64,000 bases of DNA from an uncultured Gemmatimonadales bacterium (GTDB lineage Bacteria > Gemmatimonadota > Gemmatimonadetes > Gemmatimonadales > GWC2-71-9), in the NCBI GenBank assembly GCA_963795085.1, contig CAWCFX010000006.1:192001-256000 (forward strand). Reading direction: 5' to 3'. A program made the position numbers and the translations under genes. The stretch's first letter is position 1. Each line of letters begins with the position of its first letter. Below the pieces are notes generated by a model. That model saw only the letters and a program-made list of their open reading frames with translations. It ran no database searches and was not told where the DNA came from. Below are positions 19,113 through 28,258 of the stretch, piece by piece.

Positions 19113-19808
19113 TTAGGCCGGACCCATCCGGATCAGATCAACCGACACGTTGGCCGGCTGGGTCGCCGCCCAGAGCACGGCCCCCGCCACGTCCTCCGGC
19201 TTGAGCATGCGGGCCCGGGGCGTGAAGCCGGCCCGGCGGTCGGGATCGAAGGGATCCCAGATCGAGGTGTCGGTGGGACCGGGTGAGATGAGCGTGAGCC
19301 GGATCCCGGTGCCGCGATACTCGGCGGCCAGAGTCTCGTGCAGGCCGCGCAGGCCGAACTTGGAGGCGGCGTAGGCGGCATTCTCGGGAAAGGCGGCGTG
19401 GTCGGCCACGCTGCCGATGGTGACCAGGTGGCCCCGGCCGGCCTGCCTCATGGGGGGCAGCAGCGCCCGGGCAACATTGAACGGGGCGACCAGGTTGATA
19501 TCCAGCTGCTCGAGCAACTCGTCCTCGGTGGTCTCCTCGAACAGCCGGAGCAGGAACCCCCCGGCGTTGTTCACCAGGATGTGGGGCGGGCCGAACTCGG
19601 CCAGCACTTCGTCCATCGCCCGCTTGAGCAGGACGTGGTCGGTCAGGTCGGTGGTAAGGTTGAAGTAGGGGCCGTCTTCGCCGTCGGCCAGGCTCCGGGC
19701 CAGCCGCACCACGGTCGCGCCTTCGCCGGCCAGCCCCGCCGCGATGGCCGCCCCGACCCCCCGGGATGCCCCGGTGACCACCGCCACCTGCCCGCTGAGG
19801 GGCTTCAC
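19113..19808 (-). CDS. SDR family oxidoreductase
   Basis: [17 protein letters not shown] motifs; GTGA overlap with the folE stop. Confidence 0.9.
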   Translation of the reverse strand: MKPLSGQVAVVTGASRGVGAAIAAGLAGEGATVVRLARSLADGEDGPYFNLTTDLTDHVLLKRAMDEVLAEFGPPHILVNNAGGFLLRLFEETTEDELLEQLDINLVAPFNVARALLPPMRQAGRGHLVTIGSVADHAAFPENAAYAASKFGLRGLHETLAAEYRGTGIRLTLISPGPTDTSIWDPFDPDRRAGFTPRARMLKPEDVAGAVLWAATQPANVSVDLIRMGPA

Positions 19809-20407
19809 TCGTTGCCCCGCCCCGCGTGGACCAGCCGTAGAAACTCTGACCGGGTCTTGTCGTCGTCCCGGAACACCCCCCGGAGCGCGCTCGTGACGGT
19901 GCGGGAGTTCTGCTTCTCGACGCCCCGCATCGCCATGCACAGGTGGGTGCATTCGATCACCACGCCGACGCCGAGCGGATCGAGCACGTCCATGATGGCG
20001 TCGGCGACCTGGTCGGTCAGCCGCTCCTGCACCTGCAGCCGCCGGGCGAACACATCCACCAGGCGGGGCAGCTTGGAAAGCCCGATGATCCGGCCGTTCG
20101 GGATATAGGCCAGGTGGGCCCGGCCGAAGAACGGCAGCATGTGGTGTTCGCACATCGAGTAGAGTTCGATGTCCCGCACCAGGATCATGCTTTCGTGGTT
20201 CTCCTCGAACACCGCGTCGCCCACCACCGCCTCGACGGACAGCCCGTAGCCGCGGGTCAGCCAGCGGTAGGCGGCCTCGACCCGGGAGGGCGTCTTGAGC
20301 AGGCCTTCGCGAGCCGGGTCCTCGCCCAGTGCGGCAAGAATTTCCCGGACCTGGGGAGCGAACGGCGTCCGTTCCGGCGCCGCCTTATGAACCTTGATAC
20401 TCGACAT
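19805..20407 (-). CDS. folE: GTP cyclohydrolase I
   Basis: [53 protein letters not shown]. Confidence 0.97.
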   Translation of the reverse strand: MSSIKVHKAAPERTPFAPQVREILAALGEDPAREGLLKTPSRVEAAYRWLTRGYGLSVEAVVGDAVFEENHESMILVRDIELYSMCEHHMLPFFGRAHLAYIPNGRIIGLSKLPRLVDVFARRLQVQERLTDQVADAIMDVLDPLGVGVVIECTHLCMAMRGVEKQNSRTVTSALRGVFRDDDKTRSEFLRLVHAGRGNE

Positions 20408-20798
20408 AGTTCCTCGGAGTTTCCCAGAGCCGTATCCCGAGCCGCAGCCCGGCGGGAAGAACGCGGGAGAGTTCCTCCCAGCAGACGACCGCGATATTCT
20501 CAGCCGACGGGATCCGGTCCCGGAACCAGGGCACATCCAGGTTCAGGTTCTGGTGGTCCAGCCGGCTCAGGAGATGCCGCTCCACCAGGTCCTTCAGCGC
20601 CCCGATATCCATGACGTAGCCGGACTCGGGATCGATCTCCCCTGCCACGGTGACGTCCATCTCGTAATTGTGACCGTGATAGTTCGGGTTGTTGCACACT
20701 CCGAAGGTCAGCCGGTTCCATTCGTCGGACCGGGCCGGATTGTGCAACCGGTGGGCGGCGTTGAAATGGACCCGTCGGGTAACAGCGCAAAGGGACAT
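20385..20798 (-). CDS. 6-pyruvoyl-tetrahydropterin synthase / QueD family (animal-like PTPS-II motif)
   Basis: [44 protein letters not shown]. Confidence 0.9.
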   Translation of the reverse strand: MSLCAVTRRVHFNAAHRLHNPARSDEWNRLTFGVCNNPNYHGHNYEMDVTVAGEIDPESGYVMDIGALKDLVERHLLSRLDHQNLNLDVPWFRDRIPSAENIAVVCWEELSRVLPAGLRLGIRLWETPRNYVEYQGS

Positions 20799-20840
20799 GG
20801 GGACAGTGGGTCAGGAGAACAGTGGGACAGCGCCCGTCAA

Positions 20841-20871
20841 GAAAAATCGCCGACCCGGTAAAGATCGGCGA
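20841..20871 (-). terminator. Rho-independent terminator downstream of the 6S RNA candidate
   Basis: Minus strand reads TCGCCGA-tctttaccggg-TCGGCGA followed by TTTTTC. Confidence 0.7.
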
Positions 20872-20877
20872 AGAAGG

Positions 20878-21039
20878 AAAGAACGGCAACGAGGGGGTTA
20901 ATTGAAGCCCGAAGATAATACGCGGCGCCCTCACCAGGTGCGTCTGTCTTCCCCCGAGGGGCATGACATCGGCATCGGCATTTGGGCCCATCGACGGACC
21001 TGTTGGCTCAATAACGGATTCCCCGCTGCCGCTCTCTTT
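20878..21039 (-). ncRNA. ssrS: Probable 6S RNA
   Basis: About 160 nt; 5' AAAGAGAGCGGCAGCGGGG pairs with 3' CCCCTCGTTGCCGTTCTTT; AU-rich bubble closed by TTGAGCC/GGCTTCAA; GCACCTG motif; own promoter and terminator. Confidence 0.7.
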
Positions 21040-21045
21040 GATCCT

Positions 21046-21073
21046 AAGATAAGGACTGGCCCAACGGCGTCAA
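21046..21073 (-). promoter_or_regulatory. Sigma70-type promoter of the 6S RNA candidate
   Basis: Minus strand TTGACG (21068-21073), 16-bp spacer, TATCTT (21046-21051), 6 nt upstream of the closing stem. Confidence 0.65.
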
Positions 21074-21089
21074 CCGCCTTCCGGCGCCA

Positions 21090-21245
21090 TCAGGCATGGC
21101 GGATCGCATACCAGCGCACCAGGAGCGTGGCGCCCACCGCGAACAGCAGGTGAATAGCGCCCACGCCCACCGGAAACAGGAATCCCAGCACGATCCAGAG
21201 CGCGAGCGCGGCCAGTGCGGCCACCAGCGTCATCGTCTGTCCCAT
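21090..21245 (-). CDS. Small 51-aa membrane protein (below the ORF-track cutoff)
   Basis: Manual translation MGQTMTLVAALAALALWIVLGFLFPVGVGAIHLLFAVGATLLVRWYAIRHA*; two hydrophobic segments. Confidence 0.6.
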   Translation of the reverse strand: MGQTMTLVAALAALALWIVLGFLFPVGVGAIHLLFAVGATLLVRWYAIRHA

Positions 21246-21344
21246 CTGCTAACCACCCGGGAAAAGATGACCGGAACGTAGACGGCTCGCCACCCCGGCG
21301 GGAGGGGGCTCCGCCTGCGCCGGGTTTCGCTCCCGGTTACCTTC

Positions 21345-22589
21345 ATGGCCATGCCTGAACCAGTGTCGCCCGGCGCGCGCCTTGCTTCGCTGCCCGCCCT
21401 CGCCCTGCTGCTTTTCGGCGTCATGCTGATCAGCGTCCGGGAGATCCTCGGCCCATTTCTCGTCTTCGCGCTGATCCTGCTGGTGCTTTGGCCGCTCCGG
21501 TCCCGACCCGACGTGCGCCGCATCCTGATCGCGTCCGGCCTCCTGGCCGTCTGCTGGTTCATCTACAACTACAGCGCGCTGCTGGGGCCGTTCTTCGTGG
21601 CGGCCATCGTGGCCTACCTGCTGGCGCCGGCCGTCGCCTGGATGGAAAGCAAGGGGGTCCGGCGCGGCCTCGCCATCACCGGCGCCACCGTACCGGTGCT
21701 TCTGCTCGTGGCCGGCGTCATGTTCCTGACGATTCCCCAGGTCGTGGACCAGTCGGGCGAACTCGCTAACCGGCTGCCTCAGTTCGGCGAGAAACTGGTC
21801 GGCCTGCTGGAGGGCACCCGGGACCGCCTGCTCACCTTCCGGCTGCTGACCGAGGAGCAGCGCCTGTGGCTGCAGAACCTCAGGGCCGAGAACATCGGGT
21901 CCCTCCTCCAGGAAAACGGCGATGTCATCGCCCAGCGGGTCTGGGGATGGGCGCTCTCACTCCTGCGGCACGTGTGGAGCATCTTCGGCCTGCTCGGCTA
22001 CCTGGTGATCACCCCGGTCGTGGCCTTTTACCTGTTGAGCGACTGGCGAGCCGTGCTGCAGTCGGCGGAAACACTCATTCCTCCCGCGCGGCGGCCGGCC
22101 ATCCTCGCCTTCGTCGCCCAGTACGACAAGGCCCTCGGCGGGTTCATCCGGGGCCAACTGATCGAAGCAACGCTGGTGGCCGTCATCACCACCCTCGGCC
22201 TCCTGGTCCTGGGGGTGCCCAGCGCGCTGCTGCTGGGCGTGACCGCGGGACTCTTCAACCTGATTCCCTACATCGGGATTGTGATCTCGGCGGTGCCGGC
22301 GCTGGTCATTGCCCTGACGATGGCGGACCCGCTGGGCGGGCTCTGGCGGGTGGCGCTGGTGTATGGCGTGGTGCAGTTTATCGACGGAAACATCACCGGG
22401 CCGCGGATCGTGGGGGAATCGGCAGGGTTGCATCCCCTCTGGATCATGCTGGCCCTGGCCATCGGAGGAGCGTTGCTGGGGTTCATCGGGCTGCTGCTCG
22501 CGGTACCGCTGGCCATCCTGGTCAAGATGCTGGGCGAGCGTGCCCTGGTGTCCTATCGAGGGTCCGGCGCCTACAACGGCGCCGGGTAG
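21345..22589 (+). CDS. AI-2E (PerM) family transporter
   Basis: Multi-TM; AYLLAPAVAWME, FIRGQL, NLIPYIG, QFIDGNITGPRIVG..GLHPLWIMLAL. Confidence 0.9.
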   Translation: MAMPEPVSPGARLASLPALALLLFGVMLISVREILGPFLVFALILLVLWPLRSRPDVRRILIASGLLAVCWFIYNYSALLGPFFVAAIVAYLLAPAVAWMESKGVRRGLAITGATVPVLLLVAGVMFLTIPQVVDQSGELANRLPQFGEKLVGLLEGTRDRLLTFRLLTEEQRLWLQNLRAENIGSLLQENGDVIAQRVWGWALSLLRHVWSIFGLLGYLVITPVVAFYLLSDWRAVLQSAETLIPPARRPAILAFVAQYDKALGGFIRGQLIEATLVAVITTLGLLVLGVPSALLLGVTAGLFNLIPYIGIVISAVPALVIALTMADPLGGLWRVALVYGVVQFIDGNITGPRIVGESAGLHPLWIMLALAIGGALLGFIGLLLAVPLAILVKMLGERALVSYRGSGAYNGAG

Positions 22590-22590
22590 C

Positions 22591-23241
22591 TCACCGGGCG
22601 GCGAACCCCGCCGGGCCGTGCGACCCATCGCAGAAGGGTTTGCGGCCGGAGGCGCCGCACCGGCAGAACGACGCCCGCTGGCGGACGATCACAGTGTGGT
22701 CGGCGGCCACGATCTCCATCGGGCCCGACGCCCGGAGCGCCGCCCCGGCCAGCACCGTCACCACCAGCGGGCCGTCGTCCGCCCCGCCCGATACTTCTGA
22801 CTCTCCCGCCACATTTCCCCCATCGCTGAACCCCGCCGCGGTGTGGCTCCCGTCACAGAACGGCTTCCGGGCCGAGCGGCCACAGCGGCAGAGCGCCACC
22901 CGGGTATCGTGAAGGATCTCTACACCGTCCTCCCGCTCGACCCGGATATCGCCCCGCAGGTAGAGCGGCCCGTCGGGATCTACCCTGACGCGATTGACCG
23001 AATCCGCAGCTTCCTCCGGCCCGCCATCCTGCCGGGTATAGTGGAGCGCACCGGTGGGGCACTGGACGACCACGGCGGCCACCGTGGCAACGTCCGCACC
23101 CAACGGATCAATCCAGCGGCGACGGCGGGGGTCGAACACCAGCGGCGCCCCCCGCACACACGCCTCCGCATGCAGACAGCGGGAGCGGTCGAAGGTCAGG
23201 GTAAAGCCATCGCCAGCGTACTGATGCACCTTGTCGGTCAC
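22591..23241 (-). CDS. CDGSH iron-sulfur protein with an N-terminal divergent 4Fe-4S (YjdI-like) domain
   Basis: CLHAEACVRG..CPTGAL plus two CRCGxSxxKPFCDGSH motifs. Confidence 0.9.
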   Translation of the reverse strand: MTDKVHQYAGDGFTLTFDRSRCLHAEACVRGAPLVFDPRRRRWIDPLGADVATVAAVVVQCPTGALHYTRQDGGPEEAADSVNRVRVDPDGPLYLRGDIRVEREDGVEILHDTRVALCRCGRSARKPFCDGSHTAAGFSDGGNVAGESEVSGGADDGPLVVTVLAGAALRASGPMEIVAADHTVIVRQRASFCRCGASGRKPFCDGSHGPAGFAAR

Positions 23242-23247
23242 CGCATG

Positions 23248-23309
23248 TTCCTCAATTCCCTCAATTCCCTCAATTCCCTCAATTCCCTCAATTCCCTCAA
23301 TTCCCTCAA
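23248..23309. repeat. 9-bp tandem repeat TTCCCTCAA, 6 perfect copies plus 1 partial
   Basis: Read directly; fills the gap between the GNAT and CDGSH genes. Confidence 0.95.
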
Positions 23310-23313
23310 TCTC

Positions 23314-24276
23314 CTAGATCTCCCAATTCGACCACACCACACCCCGCCCCGGCAGGGTTTCCTGGTATCCAGCGAGGGTCATTCTCAAGTCGGTCCAGTG
23401 GACCCGGAAACCCAGGGCGACCAGGTGACTGTAGGCTTCCCCGAACGCCGTCTGGCAACGGACGGAAACCCGGCGCAGCCCCTCGCCCAGGGTGGCGGCG
23501 CTGACCGCGCCGATCACGGCGTCAAAGGCCTCCAGGTCCTCGGCGACCAGCTTGAGGACCCGGACTTCATCCCGGGGCCGCCCCTCGGCGAGGGGGGCCG
23601 AGTGCCAGAGGGCGAATCCTGCCAGCCGGCCGTCCCGCCTGACCAGCGTGGTATCCCCGATCTGGAGGTCGAGCGTCAGCTGCAGTTCGCGGGTGAAGTC
23701 GAGCCCCGGCGCCAGCCGTTTGCTCAGCTCGCGGCATTCCGCCATCACCTTGAGATGCTCGGTGCCGGAAGACGACAGCAGTTCCCCCAGTGCCAGCGGC
23801 TTTCGCGGGACATCGCGGGTCAGAGTAACGGTGAGATGCCCGGGCACCAGGTCGAGCCGGCTGTAAAAGCCGATATTGTCCACCGTCCGCGGCATGGTTT
23901 CCAGCCCGATGGTGCGGGCGCCCCGGGCCCGGAGCCACTCGATGCCTTCCTGCACGACCGACTTGCCGAGGCCTTCGTTCTGGCGGTCGGGACGGACCGC
24001 CAGCGGCCCCATCCAGCCTTCGCTTCCGGACTGGTGCACCATGTTGAAGGCCACCGGCCGGCCATCGGGGTCGCGCCAGATCATGGCGCCGTCGCCGGCG
24101 TCCTCAATGGCGTAGCGCCAGATCAGCGGGTTCAGGTAAGGCACCCGCACCCCCACCAGGCCGTCCCGGCGATAGCGGTCCGTGAACGCCTCCGCAAAGA
24201 TCCGGTTGAGCGGCTCGATGTCGCGCACCGTGGGGCGCTCCGGGCCCCGGATCCCCCGCTCAGGCAGCCAGGCCAC
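23314..24276 (-). CDS. GNAT family N-acetyltransferase (probably two-domain)
   Basis: GGAGG RBS and GTG at 24276; GWMGPLAVRPDRQNEGLGK, NIGFYSRL; start overlaps the sbcC end. Confidence 0.8.
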   Translation of the reverse strand: MAWLPERGIRGPERPTVRDIEPLNRIFAEAFTDRYRRDGLVGVRVPYLNPLIWRYAIEDAGDGAMIWRDPDGRPVAFNMVHQSGSEGWMGPLAVRPDRQNEGLGKSVVQEGIEWLRARGARTIGLETMPRTVDNIGFYSRLDLVPGHLTVTLTRDVPRKPLALGELLSSSGTEHLKVMAECRELSKRLAPGLDFTRELQLTLDLQIGDTTLVRRDGRLAGFALWHSAPLAEGRPRDEVRVLKLVAEDLEAFDAVIGAVSAATLGEGLRRVSVRCQTAFGEAYSHLVALGFRVHWTDLRMTLAGYQETLPGRGVVWSNWEI

Positions 24277-26674
24277 CGGGGCCTCCGATTTCCCGGATGA
24301 ACGACGTCCCGCGGTCGAGATCCACATCCACCCTGATCATGCGATCCAGCATCGGCACCGATTCGACATGAGTAATGAGCAGCACCTGGGGGAAACGGTC
24401 GGCCAGCCCCCGCAGCAGGTCCACCACCGAGAGCCGGCGCTCCTCGTCGAGCGACCCGAACACTTCGTCCAGCACCAGGAGCGAGAGCGGCTGGCCGGCC
24501 CGGTCGGCGATCATCTGGCTGATGGCCAGCCGCAGCGCCAGGTTAACCATATCCTCTTCGCCCCCTGAAATCACCGTCCGCTCCTCGCCGTCCTGAATCA
24601 CCCGCGCCGCGTAGTCCTCGTCCAGCTCCAGCTCGGCATACCGGCCGGCCGTCATGTCCCGCAGGAAGATCGATGCGCTCTCCGACAGCCGGGGCCGCAA
24701 GCTGTCGTTGAGTTCGGTCCGCAAGTCGGTAAAGGCCCGGTCCACCTCGGCGTGGAGCTTGAGGACGGTGGTCATCTCCCGCGCTTCCTTTTCCCGGCGG
24801 GCCCGCTCTTCCCGGCGCCGCGCGACCTGTATCAAGGCTTCTTCGGCCGCCCCGATATCCGCCCGGATGCGGATCACGCTGAGGTCGGCGTCGCGGCGCG
24901 CCTGGTGGGCCCGCTCGGCTTCGCCCAGGAGTTCGGTATAGTCGAACTCCCGGTAGCCCAGGCTCTCCATTTGCTGGCGCACATCGCGGGCGTGCTTTTC
25001 CCGTTCGGACAGCGCCTGCTCCGCCTGCTCGAACTCCTGGACCAGCAGCTCGGCCCGGTCGGCCAGGACCCGGAGCCGCTCCACCTGCAGCCGGGTGTCT
25101 TCGAGTTCGTTCAGTTGGCGGCGAACGTCCTGGTGCCGCTTCCGATCGTAGGGCGCGGCCGACGCGGCCAGCTGCGCTTCCACCACCTTCATGCGGTCAC
25201 CCAGGCCGGCCTGTTCCTTCCGGAGCGCCGGCTCCTCCGCCGCGTGGCTGCGCAACTGGGCTGCCCGTTCGGTGAGTTTCTGGATCTCCCGGTCAGCGGC
25301 GGCCACGCCCTTCTCTGCCTTGGCCAGATCGGCCGGCGGCCTGGAAAGCTGCTTATCACGCTGGCGGTAGTACTTACCGTTGTCCGCCACCGCCTGCAGC
25401 TGGCGCTCCAGCAGGCCTTTGACATTTTCGAATTCCTTGCCCAGCGGCCGGGTGCAGGTCGGGCAGGCTCCGTCAGGGCCCAGCTGGTTGATCCGGTCCA
25501 GTTGCTCCTTGAAGTCGCGGAACTGGGCAAGGTGGCTCTCCAGCTTGGTCTTGACGTCCTGGCCATCGCGGACCCACGCGGTGCGGCTCTCCTCCGCCTG
25601 CGCCGCCAGCACGGCGCGCTCGCCGCGTTTCTGTTCCAGCGCCCGGGATGCCTCGGCCACCGTCTCCGGGGTGGGCAGGCCGGCCATCCGCTCCCGGATC
25701 ACCTTGTCCCGCCCGCGGAGATCCTGCAGCTGGGCCTCGAACCCCTGCCGCGCCGCGACGGTGCGCTCCAGGGCGTCCAGCGATTCGCCTTCCGCCTTGA
25801 GCGCCGGCAGCGGTCCCAGCTGGTCCATCAGGGGCTTGAGCCGGTCCCGCGCCGAGACGGCCTCGATGAGCTGGCGGTCCAGCTGCTCGTGGCGGTCTCG
25901 AGACTCCGTCACCTTGTGGTCGGCGAGCTTCAGTTCGCCGTTCAGTTCGGCCACCTTCTGCTTCAGCCGATGCATGGCTTCCAGTCTTGGCTTGAGCGCG
26001 TCCACCGCCTGGGTGGAGACGGCCAGCGCCTTCGTCGCTTCGGCTTCCGCCGCTTTCCCCCGCTCGATCCGCGCCTTCACCATGGACTCGTCGGCCTCCA
26101 GCTCGGCCGTGTCGAGCAGAGTGCTCTCGAGGGTCTGCAGTTGCGCCCGCAGGGCCGTCCTCCGCTCGCGGAGACGGTCCTGGGCCTCCTTCAGCTTTTC
26201 ATACCCCAGCACCCGGGACAGGAACTGGGCCTTCTCCGGCCCGGTCATGGCCGCCATGACCTTGAGTTCCTTCTGGCCGGTGAAGTAGGTGTTGAAGAAA
26301 TCGGGGCGGGTCATCCCCAGGATCTGGCTGAGCCGCTCTGTCACCGTGCCCAGCGATGTCGTCATCGGGGCGGTCTCCCCGTCCTGGTACAGAAAGGCGT
26401 TGCTCAGGGTGCGGACCACCCGGTAGCGATGCGGGCCGAGGGTGAACTCGACCTCGACGCTGACCGCGGACCGCGGCGGGGCCTGGCGGCGGCGGATCGA
26501 GTCCTTGCCGCCCCGGGCGGCCGGCGTCCCATAGATGGCCCAGGCGAGGGCCTCGAGGATGGTGGTCTTGCCCGCGCCGTTGGGGCCCACGATGCCGGTG
26601 AGGCCGACGCCGAGGACCAGCTCGGTATCCTCGTGCTGGCGGAAGTTGACCAGGCGGAGGCGGTTGATGAGCAT
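24260..26674 (-). CDS. sbcC: Rad50/SbcC-like SMC-family ATPase
   Basis: Walker A GPNGAGKTT, long coiled coils, CPTC zinc hook, ISGGE signature, LVLDEVFGSLD, ITH. Confidence 0.92.
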   Translation of the reverse strand: MLINRLRLVNFRQHEDTELVLGVGLTGIVGPNGAGKTTILEALAWAIYGTPAARGGKDSIRRRQAPPRSAVSVEVEFTLGPHRYRVVRTLSNAFLYQDGETAPMTTSLGTVTERLSQILGMTRPDFFNTYFTGQKELKVMAAMTGPEKAQFLSRVLGYEKLKEAQDRLRERRTALRAQLQTLESTLLDTAELEADESMVKARIERGKAAEAEATKALAVSTQAVDALKPRLEAMHRLKQKVAELNGELKLADHKVTESRDRHEQLDRQLIEAVSARDRLKPLMDQLGPLPALKAEGESLDALERTVAARQGFEAQLQDLRGRDKVIRERMAGLPTPETVAEASRALEQKRGERAVLAAQAEESRTAWVRDGQDVKTKLESHLAQFRDFKEQLDRINQLGPDGACPTCTRPLGKEFENVKGLLERQLQAVADNGKYYRQRDKQLSRPPADLAKAEKGVAAADREIQKLTERAAQLRSHAAEEPALRKEQAGLGDRMKVVEAQLAASAAPYDRKRHQDVRRQLNELEDTRLQVERLRVLADRAELLVQEFEQAEQALSEREKHARDVRQQMESLGYREFDYTELLGEAERAHQARRDADLSVIRIRADIGAAEEALIQVARRREERARREKEAREMTTVLKLHAEVDRAFTDLRTELNDSLRPRLSESASIFLRDMTAGRYAELELDEDYAARVIQDGEERTVISGGEEDMVNLALRLAISQMIADRAGQPLSLLVLDEVFGSLDEERRLSVVDLLRGLADRFPQVLLITHVESVPMLDRMIRVDVDLDRGTSFIREIGGPGGLAA

Positions 26675-27849
26675 CAGCCCTGCACCACCCCGCGCTCGAC
26701 GTCATCGAACACGTCCAGGCCCAGGCGCTCAAAGGCCGCCCGGTCGAGTTCGCCGGGCAGCGGCCGGTACTGCAGGTATTCCTGGAGAAGATGCCGCAGG
26801 GTCTTCCGCTGCCCCGGCACCACCAGTCCGGAGTCCTTTTCCGAGTCCGGCCGGCGCACATCGAGGTGAAAGTGGAGCGCCTTCGCCTTGCGCTCCCGGA
26901 TGGCGGTGTGGTTCAGCTCCCGCCCGATGTGCCGGGGCAGGTTGTACACCACCAGCCGCACGATCTGGTCAGTGAGGCCGCCGGGAATATTGTCCACCCG
27001 CTCCCGGATCATGGCGTCGATGTCGGCGGCGTTGCGGCCCGCCGCCTCGACAGGATCGAGGTCCATCACCCGGCGCGCCGCGGGGACCGGCTGGAACTCG
27101 GGAACGCCCCGGTCCACGTCCACCAGCAGCCAGCCCTTTCCGGGGACCCGGCGGGTGCCTTCGTCGCGCAGCTCGCCCCACGGGTTGGTGGTGACGTAAT
27201 CGAGCGCGCCGGCATACCAGGCCCGCGGACTCACCTCCATGCGCACGTGGTAGTGGCCCAGGGCGACGTAGCTCCACTCGCCCTGGCGCAGGTCGCCGGT
27301 GGTGAGAATCGGGCCGCCCTGGTCCATGGTTCGCTCGGCGTAGGGCAGCTGTTCGTGAACGCCGTGGATCACCAGCACCTGGCGCCGCTCGGGTCCGGCC
27401 GGCTCCAGCACCGGCCGGGGGGTAGCGGCCAGGGCCTGGTGGGGCACCGCGAGCACGCTCAGGTCCAGCTGGGGATATACCAGCCGGCGAGGTTCGTCGT
27501 GGGCGACATCCACGCCGAGGGTCTCAAAGAGCTTGAGGATGGTCCCGGTTTCGGTCGAGCGAGGAGTGTCGTGGTTGCCGGCGATGAGAATGATGGGAAC
27601 GTTGGGAAGACCTTCCCGCATCCGGTGGATCTGCTGGAACGCGAACAGGATGGCGGGGTTGGACGGGCGCACGGAGTGGAAGAGATCGCCGGCGATGATG
27701 ACCGCGTCGGGCCGGGCCTCCAGGACGCCGTCCACGGCGGCCCGGAAGGCGTTCGCGACATCGGCTTCCCGCTGGTTGATCCCGTTGGGGGTCAGCCGGT
27801 AATACTGGCGGAAACCCAGGTGGGCATCGGCTAAGTGGGCGATTCTCAC
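26674..27849 (-). CDS. sbcD: Mre11/SbcD-like nuclease (metallophosphoesterase)
   Basis: HLADAHLG, IAGDLF, GNHD, HG, YVALGHYH motifs; stop overlaps the sbcC start. Confidence 0.92.
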   Translation of the reverse strand: MRIAHLADAHLGFRQYYRLTPNGINQREADVANAFRAAVDGVLEARPDAVIIAGDLFHSVRPSNPAILFAFQQIHRMREGLPNVPIILIAGNHDTPRSTETGTILKLFETLGVDVAHDEPRRLVYPQLDLSVLAVPHQALAATPRPVLEPAGPERRQVLVIHGVHEQLPYAERTMDQGGPILTTGDLRQGEWSYVALGHYHVRMEVSPRAWYAGALDYVTTNPWGELRDEGTRRVPGKGWLLVDVDRGVPEFQPVPAARRVMDLDPVEAAGRNAADIDAMIRERVDNIPGGLTDQIVRLVVYNLPRHIGRELNHTAIRERKAKALHFHLDVRRPDSEKDSGLVVPGQRKTLRHLLQEYLQYRPLPGELDRAAFERLGLDVFDDVERGVVQG

Positions 27850-27893
27850 GGCTTTAGAATGGCCGCAGAGGGGCCGGGAGGCAAGCCGGGCGG

Positions 27894-28033
27894 GGGGGAC
27901 AGTGGGACAGTGGGACAGTGGGACAGTGGGACAGTGGGACCGTGGGACCGTGGGACAGTGGGACGGTGGGACAGTGGGACCGTGGGACGGTGGGACCGTG
28001 GGACAGTGGGACCGTGGGACCGTGGGGCAGTGG
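27894..28033. repeat. 8-bp tandem repeat GTGGGAC(A/C/G), 15 core copies plus degenerate flanks
   Basis: Core units at 27902-28021 vary only at position 8. Confidence 0.95.
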
Positions 28034-28067
28034 AGAGGCCGGGCAGCCGGGAAGCCGGGCGGCACTG

Positions 28068-28095
28068 TGTCATCCCGAGCGAAGCGAGGGATCTC
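28068..28095. repeat. Single arm of a TGTCATCC..AGCGAAGCGA..GATCTC REP-like element
   Basis: TGTCATCCCGAGCGAAGCGAGGGATCTC; resembles a dispersed palindromic repeat family I recall from other genomes; no partner arm seen. Confidence 0.5.
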
Positions 28096-28258
28096 AAGGT
28101 TGCCTTATCGGGATGTCTTTCTCAAACGTCTCACTTCTCCCGCTTCGGCCGGAGTATCCACTGGGAAATCCCGCCGGGGCCGGGTCAGCGGGGTGATGCT
28201 GAGAGAGTTCAGCCTGTTGCGCTGGCGGAAGTCCCGGTTGGCAACGGCAAAGTGATGC

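Noticed and set aside
20902..21153. 83-aa plus-strand ORF
   Set aside because: Better explained by the minus-strand 6S RNA candidate and small membrane protein
22843..24300. 485-aa plus-strand ORF with LNS repeats
   Set aside because: Shadow of two minus-strand genes; LNS units come from the 9-bp DNA repeat
24752..26869. 705-aa plus-strand ORF
   Set aside because: Antisense shadow of sbcC
24260..27849. Wadjet/Lamassu-type SMC defence system
   Set aside because: Zinc hook plus coupled Mre11-type nuclease fits SbcCD/Rad50-Mre11; no JetA/B/D or effector genes
27894..28033. CRISPR array, or repeat-encoded N-terminal extension of SbcD (ORF start 28065)
   Set aside because: No spacers; the SHCPTVP peptide is a translation artefact of the 8-mer array, and SbcD homology starts at GTG 27849
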